Of a stretch of DNA of 47,435 nt, positions 33,189 to 39,732 are shown in pieces. Under the pieces are notes generated by a model. The model searched no databases and was not told the DNA's origin. It worked only from the letters and a program-made list of their open reading frames with translations. The translations under genes and the position numbers were made by a program. The stretch comes from an uncultured Pseudomonadales bacterium (lineage in GTDB: Bacteria > Pseudomonadota > Gammaproteobacteria > Pseudomonadales > IMCC2047). Within the stretch, counting starts at the first letter, position 1; every line of letters begins with the position of its first letter. Location of the stretch: assembly GCA_947258415.1 (NCBI GenBank), contig CAMYIF010000005.1, positions 1-47,435 of the forward strand, in the 5' to 3' direction.

Positions 33189-34036
33189 TTGTTTATCTTT
33201 TCGAGATTATCTTTAACAGGTCCGGGATCGTTGGAAAGCTTTAACCCATCGGCAAAAAACGGGTATTTAGCCAGGCCATTATGCCTTTGTTCAAGCGCAT
33301 GCGCGCCTGCGCCGGGTAGTCGCAGAATCATAAACAGCATTTCAGCCTGCTCGTCCGTGAAGCCCAAATCGATAAAAGCAGCTGCGATTACTCCTACCAT
33401 AGCCAAGGGATTTCCGCTAAAGCCTTCAACGGATTCCCTGTTTTGTTTTAACCACTGCAATTGGCCTGCTTCCCCGATCTCGATCGACGACAGGTAATCC
33501 AGGGTTTGCTTAACGGGTGTTGAACAACTGCTACCGTAAGGATCAAAACCCGGGATATGCTCGATGTCCGGCCACGCTTTTACATCATCCTGTTTTTCAT
33601 AATTAGTCAGTTTATCCTGCCAAATTGCCAAATCCTTTCCACAGGTATTAATTAACCTGATGGCCAAAAACATTTCCCGGGCACCACCATATTGCCCGGA
33701 ACCGGGCCCAAGTGCGCCAATCAGGCAAGATGCAGCAATAGACCCACCTGCACCCCCGCTCATGGCAGCCCTGACACTTAGGTCGCGAGGCCCGGGATTT
33801 GCCAATGCTACGGCGACTCCTTCCAGAAGCTTTGTTTGAGTTTTTGAGGGTGGCTCAAGTTTGAAGAGAAGGTACAGATACTCGACCCAGCTGACTTTTC
33901 CCAGCAGGTCGCCGTAGACGTCAAAACCCGAGCAATAGCAGGCTTGTGCAGCGAAGGGATTATCGGGTTCGGGGATTTCTTGCCAGATTTTACTGTGAAT
34001 GACATCTTTTTGCCTAGGCTTGCCCGCGTCCGTCAT
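33185..34036 (-). CDS. Citrate synthase/citryl-CoA lyase-fold protein A, catalytic residues divergent
   Basis: GFDVYGDLLGK, NPGPR, YGGARE, IPGFDP, RLPGAGAHALEQ (like RxxGxxAHxxE of citryl-CoA lyases). Confidence 0.72.
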   Translation of the reverse strand: MTDAGKPRQKDVIHSKIWQEIPEPDNPFAAQACYCSGFDVYGDLLGKVSWVEYLYLLFKLEPPSKTQTKLLEGVAVALANPGPRDLSVRAAMSGGAGGSIAASCLIGALGPGSGQYGGAREMFLAIRLINTCGKDLAIWQDKLTNYEKQDDVKAWPDIEHIPGFDPYGSSCSTPVKQTLDYLSSIEIGEAGQLQWLKQNRESVEGFSGNPLAMVGVIAAAFIDLGFTDEQAEMLFMILRLPGAGAHALEQRHNGLAKYPFFADGLKLSNDPGPVKDNLEKINK

Positions 34037-34042
34037 CGCGTT

Positions 34043-35914
34043 TTATTTCAATCCATTTATGCGGGTAGCCAAGGGTGGCACTTCGTCAGCATCGATAACG
34101 ACATCAATAACGGTTGGTCCATTGCGTTTCAATATCGCCTCGATGTTCAGTTCGTGTAGTTCATCAGGCTTGGTAATCTGGTAACCTGGAATGCCCATGG
34201 ATTCTGCCAGTTTTGCGTAATTAGCAGCGGGCAATTGATGGCCGATGCTTGCAGATTTATTCATGATTTGTCCATGCTTGACCATACCCAGTGACGAGTC
34301 ATTCATAATCAGGAAGGTCACTTTCAGGTTATTTTGTAAGGCCACGGTGATTTCATTGCCGTACATCAGGAAGCCGCCGTCACCAATGATGCAAACTATG
34401 TGTTCATCCGGATTTGCCAACGACGCGCCAATGGCACTACCCACCGACCATCCCATCGAGCAGAAATCTGTGCACACCTGGAACAGCCCGCCATGTTGAT
34501 GCCGCCGACCGTCTTCATACCAGCGATCAAGTGATCGACGCTGACCCAACCGCCGGTCGAAAGGGTTCAGGTAATGTATTGCCCAGGCAAGGTTGTTACC
34601 TGCGTCTGCAAAGTATTTTGTATGAGCAGGGAAGATTTTCGTCAACTGGTGCATCAGCCACTGGGGTTTGATCGGCACCGAGTCATCAAAGATTTTTCGA
34701 GGCTCATCCAGGGTAAAATGCATGATATCATCGTATTTGGAATCATCTTTTTTGGCATTTTCCAGCCGTTCGCTTAATTCAATACCACTTTGAAGGCTGG
34801 TGTTTTGGGTAATGCCCTGGATAATCAGTTCATCCAGCACCTTGCTGAAAATGGAGAGAATATTTCCCCTGACATGCAGTTTTGCCATCGGTGTGCGAAT
34901 AAGGTTTGCCTCATCCGCTTCCACGTGGATAAGCCGATCATTCAGCAGTGTGTCTGCATCCCAGGCATTGCTGTTGAATTCGCCCAAAGAGGTTCCCACG
35001 GCGACCACGGTTTCAACTTCGGGATCGGCAAGCGCTTCATTGGCGCTTTTATGTCCGGCGAAACCAATCACACCCTTAAACTGCGGGTGGTAAGGGCTGA
35101 TAAAGCTTTTAGCATCGGGCATGGCGACAACCGACGAGCCCAGCAGACAAGCAATATCTATAATTAAACTTGCCGCGTCCCTGGTGCCGACGCCAAGAAC
35201 AAATACAACCTTTTTACCCTTCGACAACTGTTTGCAGAGCTCTGTTACAGCCTCTTTATCCTGCATTAACGGTCGCTTAACGGCTTTGTTTAAATCATAG
35301 GACGGCCCGTGTTGAGGCAAGCTTGCCTTTAAAATATCAGAAGGGATACTTAAATGCACTGGACCGTAGGGTGGGCGCAGGGCTGTCATAATGGCCGAAA
35401 TTAATTTGTTTTCAAGCTGGCCGATATGACTGACGAAGGAATTATAGAGTGTACAAAATTGATACATACCGACCACATTGACGCCGGTATCGCCTGACTC
35501 CTGCAAGGCTTTACGGCCAAACTTATCATGGACAGTTTGTGGCGTAATCACCAAGAGGGGAACGTTGTTCTCGTAAGCCGAAGCAACGCCGGTAAGCATG
35601 TTGGTTGCCCCCGGGCCTGTGGTTGAGCAACATACACCCAGATGGCCCGAGTTTTTTGCATAGCCACTAGCCATGAATGCAGCGCCGGTTTCGTGCCGGG
35701 CGATGATTGAGCGAATGCCATTGCTTGCTTCGCTTCGGGCCAGGGCATTGTAAAGCGCTTCTATTGCGCCACCCGGTATGCCAAACACATACTCGACATC
35801 GATTTGCTCAAGGTATTGGAGGATCAGGTCAGCGACGCGGACTTCCAGTTCGACACTTGACACGCTCGGGTCATCAAGAGACTTTTTGGCCAGGCCAAGC
35901 GCGTTTATACCCAT
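34043..35914 (-). CDS. Thiamine-diphosphate-dependent enzyme (acetolactate synthase/acyloin carboligase-like)
   Basis: VFGIPGG, ARHETGAAFMA (catalytic Glu), TTGPGATN, GDGGFLM...MNDSSLGMV ThDP-Mg motif; no ilvH/ilvC neighbours. Confidence 0.9.
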   Translation of the reverse strand: MGINALGLAKKSLDDPSVSSVELEVRVADLILQYLEQIDVEYVFGIPGGAIEALYNALARSEASNGIRSIIARHETGAAFMASGYAKNSGHLGVCCSTTGPGATNMLTGVASAYENNVPLLVITPQTVHDKFGRKALQESGDTGVNVVGMYQFCTLYNSFVSHIGQLENKLISAIMTALRPPYGPVHLSIPSDILKASLPQHGPSYDLNKAVKRPLMQDKEAVTELCKQLSKGKKVVFVLGVGTRDAASLIIDIACLLGSSVVAMPDAKSFISPYHPQFKGVIGFAGHKSANEALADPEVETVVAVGTSLGEFNSNAWDADTLLNDRLIHVEADEANLIRTPMAKLHVRGNILSIFSKVLDELIIQGITQNTSLQSGIELSERLENAKKDDSKYDDIMHFTLDEPRKIFDDSVPIKPQWLMHQLTKIFPAHTKYFADAGNNLAWAIHYLNPFDRRLGQRRSLDRWYEDGRRHQHGGLFQVCTDFCSMGWSVGSAIGASLANPDEHIVCIIGDGGFLMYGNEITVALQNNLKVTFLIMNDSSLGMVKHGQIMNKSASIGHQLPAANYAKLAESMGIPGYQITKPDELHELNIEAILKRNGPTVIDVVIDADEVPPLATRINGLK

Positions 35915-36115
35915 TCAAGCTCTCAGTTATAGTTATCTTTTCAGGAAATACTCAAACCAACAGACGCGCCCCCAGCACCATGGGGGACAAAATATAATGA
36001 AACGCCCAGCCTATGCAAGCCTAACTTATTGAATTAACGAAAATTCACAGAAGTTTCGTTATTTAAATCCCTATTATTATCGGCTTTACTCATGTCGACT
36101 TGATGGCAATTTGGT

Positions 36116-36979
36116 TTAGTGAAAAGCGTTGAAATGCAATGGTAGCTCGACTTCCATAGCGATAGGAAGGTGGTCAGAAGTGCAGCAGGGCAATACTTCC
36201 GCATGCTTGATGTTCAAGCTTGGGCTGACCAGAATATGGTCCAGATGATGGGTTGGTCGCCAACTGGGATATGTATTGAATGTTCCTGTTGCCGATTTTA
36301 ATTTGATCTCGGATAAGGGTGACAGGTTTAAAATATGGTCAGCACCACTATTCAGGTCGCCCATAATAATGACATGCTTGAAATCGGAGATTATTTCTTT
36401 CACGTATGATAATTGGTTTTGCCTGGCACGGGCACCCAGAGACAAGTGAAGTACAACCAGGACCAGCGGGTTATCAGCGGTACCAAAATGAGCCACGATG
36501 GCACCACGTCCCGGTATCAGGCCGGGCAGCTTATAGTCTTCGATTCGTTGCGGGCGCAGTTTACTCAACACGCCATTGCTGTGTTGCCCCCACTTACCCA
36601 GGTTGCGGTTGAGTTGCTGATACCAATAAGGGAATCCTGCGCTACATGCCAAATACTGAACCTGGTTTGTGTACCCACTTCTCCGGCTGCCACCATCAGC
36701 TTCCTGAAGGGCAACAAAGTCAAATCGGGCCAGTTGAGCCGCGATGGCATCAAGGTTTTTTGTTCTGCGTGGGTGCGGCAGCAAGTGCTGCCAACCTCGG
36801 GTCAGGTAATGACGATACGCAGCACTCTGGATGCCAACCTGTATGTTGTGGCTTAACAGCTTAATCGTTTTCCTGTTTTGGTTAAAAACATGACTCTCTT
36901 GCACTTGACGAAACGACGCCACGGAGACAGGTGCGGCCTCGGCGGATTTTGATAGATGAGGAGTCAAATGTCTTAGCAT
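36116..36979 (-). CDS. Endonuclease/exonuclease/phosphatase (EEP) family protein
   Basis: LSHNIQVG, VALQEAD, MGDLN, LDHILVS, SDHLP; conserved position after dsbA. Confidence 0.9.
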   Translation of the reverse strand: MLRHLTPHLSKSAEAAPVSVASFRQVQESHVFNQNRKTIKLLSHNIQVGIQSAAYRHYLTRGWQHLLPHPRRTKNLDAIAAQLARFDFVALQEADGGSRRSGYTNQVQYLACSAGFPYWYQQLNRNLGKWGQHSNGVLSKLRPQRIEDYKLPGLIPGRGAIVAHFGTADNPLVLVVLHLSLGARARQNQLSYVKEIISDFKHVIIMGDLNSGADHILNLSPLSEIKLKSATGTFNTYPSWRPTHHLDHILVSPSLNIKHAEVLPCCTSDHLPIAMEVELPLHFNAFH

Positions 36980-37010
36980 TACAATTGCCTATGATAAAAC
37001 TGCAGCAATG

Positions 37011-37646
37011 TTACGGTCTGGCCGACCGCTCTTTTTCGACAAGAAAGTCGACCACGTCAAATAGTCCTTGCGGGCCTGCTTTCATTGTCGTGCTGACCCG
37101 ATATTTACCATTTACTATAATAGCAGGTACCCCGGATGCGCGATAATTTCTTTGCTTTGCTTTTGCCTGGTTTATTTTACTTTTTACAGCAAATGAGGAG
37201 AATACCTTGTTAAATTCGTCCTCATTCACGCCCTGGCTTGCATAGAACCCGGCCAGTGAGGCCTGGTCGGCGAGCTGTTGTCCGTACCTGTGAATCGCGG
37301 TAAATAACGCTTCGTGCGTCTTGTCAACAACACCAAGCACCTCGGCTGCATAGTAGGCTTTACCATGATCCAGCCAACTAGAGGCCATCAACCCGGGCAT
37401 GCGCTTGAATTCAACGTAATCAGGAGCTTCTGCGACCCATTTATTCAGGCTTGGCTCAAGTGCATAACAGTGGGGACAGCCATACCAGAAAAGCTCAAGC
37501 ACCTCCACTTTGTCAGCATTCGCCGTAGCCACTGGCTTGGATAGTTGCACATAATGATCGCCTTCCTGGTATTTGTCTGATTCTGCGCAGGCTGCCAGGG
37601 GAAAGATCAGTAAAAGCAATACGGCTCGCTTTAAAAGCACAAGCAT
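37011..37646 (-). CDS. dsbA: Thiol:disulfide interchange protein DsbA
   Basis: ELFWYGCPHCY, GVPAIIVNGKY, signal peptide. Confidence 0.95.
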   Translation of the reverse strand: MLVLLKRAVLLLLIFPLAACAESDKYQEGDHYVQLSKPVATANADKVEVLELFWYGCPHCYALEPSLNKWVAEAPDYVEFKRMPGLMASSWLDHGKAYYAAEVLGVVDKTHEALFTAIHRYGQQLADQASLAGFYASQGVNEDEFNKVFSSFAVKSKINQAKAKQRNYRASGVPAIIVNGKYRVSTTMKAGPQGLFDVVDFLVEKERSARP

Positions 37647-37740
37647 AAAATACTCCTTATAAGTAATTCTTGGTCACTCAGACAAGTATAAGACAAATAA
37701 TTTCATTCGTGAGTGAAAATAATTCTTGTGATTCCGAACA

Positions 37741-37768
37741 AAAAAAGGCGGCTGTCGCCGCCTTTTTT
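37741..37768. terminator. Intrinsic terminator after cytochrome c4 (symmetric A/T tracts)
   Basis: AAAAAAGGCGGC-tgtc-GCCGCCTTTTTT. Confidence 0.88.
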
Positions 37769-37794
37769 AACTGTTTGCTTTAGGCTAACTATGT

Positions 37795-38400
37795 CTAGTG
37801 CAATCCGGAGATGTAACTGGCAAGTGCTTCAATTTCATTGTCATTTAAACGAAAGGCTGTGGCTCGCATGATTTTACTATCGCCATCGTTGGTGCGTTCA
37901 CCGGCACGAAACGCTTTCAATTGCGTTGCAATATATTCGGCATGCTGGCCACTTAAGGCCGGGAAGCCTGCAGGCGCATTGCCCGAACCGGTTGGAGAAT
38001 GACAAGCAGTGCAAGCCGCTACGCCGGTTTCCTTGTTGCCGGACCGGTAAAGTTTTTCTCCCAGGCTAACCAGCTCTTCTTTAGCCTTGCCAATACTCGA
38101 ATTTTGGCTTGCAAAATAGGCGGCGATATTTTCCAGATCCTTATTGGACATACCGTCAAGAATACCTGTCATCGCAGCGATAGAACGCCTGCCTTCTTTA
38201 ACGTCCTGCATTTGCTTAACCAAATAGCGTGTATTTTGTCCGGCCAACTTGGGAAAACTTGGCACCACACTATTTCCATCCACCCCATGACAGCCTGCGC
38301 AAACTGCCGACTTGGCCTTGCCTGCTGCCGCATCACCAGCTGCAAATGCAAGGCTGCTCATGCCCATAAAGATAAAGAAAAATGCTACTAATTTTTTCAT
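37795..38400 (-). CDS. Diheme cytochrome c4
   Basis: Signal peptide, CAGCH and CTACH, FPKLAGQ and FPALSGQH; start ATG 38400. Confidence 0.95.
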   Translation of the reverse strand: MKKLVAFFFIFMGMSSLAFAAGDAAAGKAKSAVCAGCHGVDGNSVVPSFPKLAGQNTRYLVKQMQDVKEGRRSIAAMTGILDGMSNKDLENIAAYFASQNSSIGKAKEELVSLGEKLYRSGNKETGVAACTACHSPTGSGNAPAGFPALSGQHAEYIATQLKAFRAGERTNDGDSKIMRATAFRLNDNEIEALASYISGLH

Positions 38401-38444
38401 TGAATTTCTCGCGATCAATTGAAAAGAATCGTCACTCTAACCTG

Positions 38445-38744
38445 TTATTGACCACTCATACGCATGATGATTGCCTTGTAATCGTCAGCCGAGCAGTCTG
38501 CACACATACCCTTGGGAGGCATCGCACCCTTGCCATTAACAACACTGTTAACCAGTTCGTCCATGCCTTTTTCCAAACGTGGTTTCCAGGCTTCAGCGTC
38601 GCCGATTTTCGGAGCACCAGCAACACCTGAGGTATGACAAACACCGCAAGATTTGGCAATTGTGTCATCAACCGCATCGGCAGATACAAAAGATGCTGCC
38701 AGGGAGAAAAAACATAACGTTAAAAGCTTACAAAAATTTTGCAT
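38445..38744 (-). CDS. Small cytochrome c5-family protein
   Basis: Signal peptide, CGVCH, GAPKIGDAEAW, MPPKGMCADC; start ATG 38744. Confidence 0.9.
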   Translation of the reverse strand: MQNFCKLLTLCFFSLAASFVSADAVDDTIAKSCGVCHTSGVAGAPKIGDAEAWKPRLEKGMDELVNSVVNGKGAMPPKGMCADCSADDYKAIIMRMSGQ

Positions 38745-38907
38745 AGCCAACTCCTTACTATTAAGAAACAAGATCTGAATCTGGTTTGATTGGCAGGCAG
38801 GACCGCCTCTTGTCTACCAACGATACTGGATAATTATATACTATTATTTTCCAGAACGGGAGACCGAAATTGGATACAGGCCGACATAGCTTCTCTATAA
38901 TGATGCG

Positions 38908-39516
38908 ATGAATAACCCGACATACAACACATTCCAGAAGGCCCGATTCCTGACCAGCGCTTCACGTTTGCAACAATGTCCTCCGGATGAAGGCGCAGAA
39001 ATTGCCTTTGCCGGCCGGTCAAATGCCGGGAAATCCAGCGCGATTAATACCATTACCCGACAAAAAAAACTGGCTCGGACCAGCAAGCAACCGGGACGCA
39101 CGCAACTGTTGAATTTTTTCGCCGTTAGCGCTGAACAGTATCGCCTGGTAGACCTTCCCGGCTATGGCTACGCCAGGGTGCCACTGCAGACCAAGAAAAA
39201 ATGGCAGACCCTGATTGATGATTATTTGCGCAATCGATCCAGCCTTGTTGGCCTGTTTTTGATTATGGATATCCGTCACCCCCTGGCCGAGTTTGACCAG
39301 ATGATGCTCGATTGGGTAAGCCAATGCCGAATACCAACGCACATCTTGCTGACAAAAGCTGATAAATTAAAGTTTGGCCCTGCAAAATCTACTTTGCTCA
39401 AGGTGCGGCGAGCACTTGGTGGCTGCGACTCGACCTCTGTGCAGCTTTTCTCTTCCACGACTGGCATGGGAGTCGACGAAGCGTGCGCGGTACTAGCTTC
39501 ATGGCTTGAAATATAA
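38908..39516 (+). CDS. yihA: Ribosome biogenesis GTPase YihA/EngB
   Basis: [27 protein letters not shown]. Confidence 0.97.
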   Translation: MNNPTYNTFQKARFLTSASRLQQCPPDEGAEIAFAGRSNAGKSSAINTITRQKKLARTSKQPGRTQLLNFFAVSAEQYRLVDLPGYGYARVPLQTKKKWQTLIDDYLRNRSSLVGLFLIMDIRHPLAEFDQMMLDWVSQCRIPTHILLTKADKLKFGPAKSTLLKVRRALGGCDSTSVQLFSSTTGMGVDEACAVLASWLEI

Positions 39517-39625
39517 AAAAACCTCATACATCCTTGGGGAAGATATATGAGGTCAAGGACTCCGGTAGTGGGGATTCCGGAGATGTTTCGACTGAATAAG
39601 AAAAGGGGAAAATCAGTCATTCACG
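39515..39625 (-). ncRNA. Putative sRNA (ErsA/Spot42 position) with three UCCCC-loop hairpins
   Basis: Hairpins at 39590-39618, 39560-39582 and 39521-39553, the last followed by a U-tract on the minus strand; upstream sigmaE-type promoter. Confidence 0.7.
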
Positions 39626-39630
39626 GTAAC

Positions 39631-39659
39631 TATGACTGACAATGCCTCAAATAAGTTCC
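39631..39659 (-). promoter_or_regulatory. SigmaE (RpoE/AlgU)-type promoter
   Basis: Minus strand GGAACTT-N16-GTCATA. Confidence 0.75.
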
Positions 39660-39732
39660 CGATAATATCTTATGTTTTTATCGCTATATTTTATTGATAT
39701 ATTTCAATAATTTATTGTTTTATTTCGATCGT

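Noticed and set aside
32376-34036. Calling these gltA/prpC or reverse-TCA citryl-CoA lyase
   Set aside because: Catalytic His/Asp motifs are substituted in both and there is no TCA or methylcitrate context.
34043-35914. Calling the ThDP enzyme ilvB/ilvI or poxB
   Set aside because: No regulatory subunit or ilvC nearby, divergent motifs, an unusual insertion and a specialised operon context.
35915-36115. Possible attR (tRNA 3' duplication) marking an integrative element
   Set aside because: No copy of either tRNA 3' end seen and no integrase or transposase in the window.
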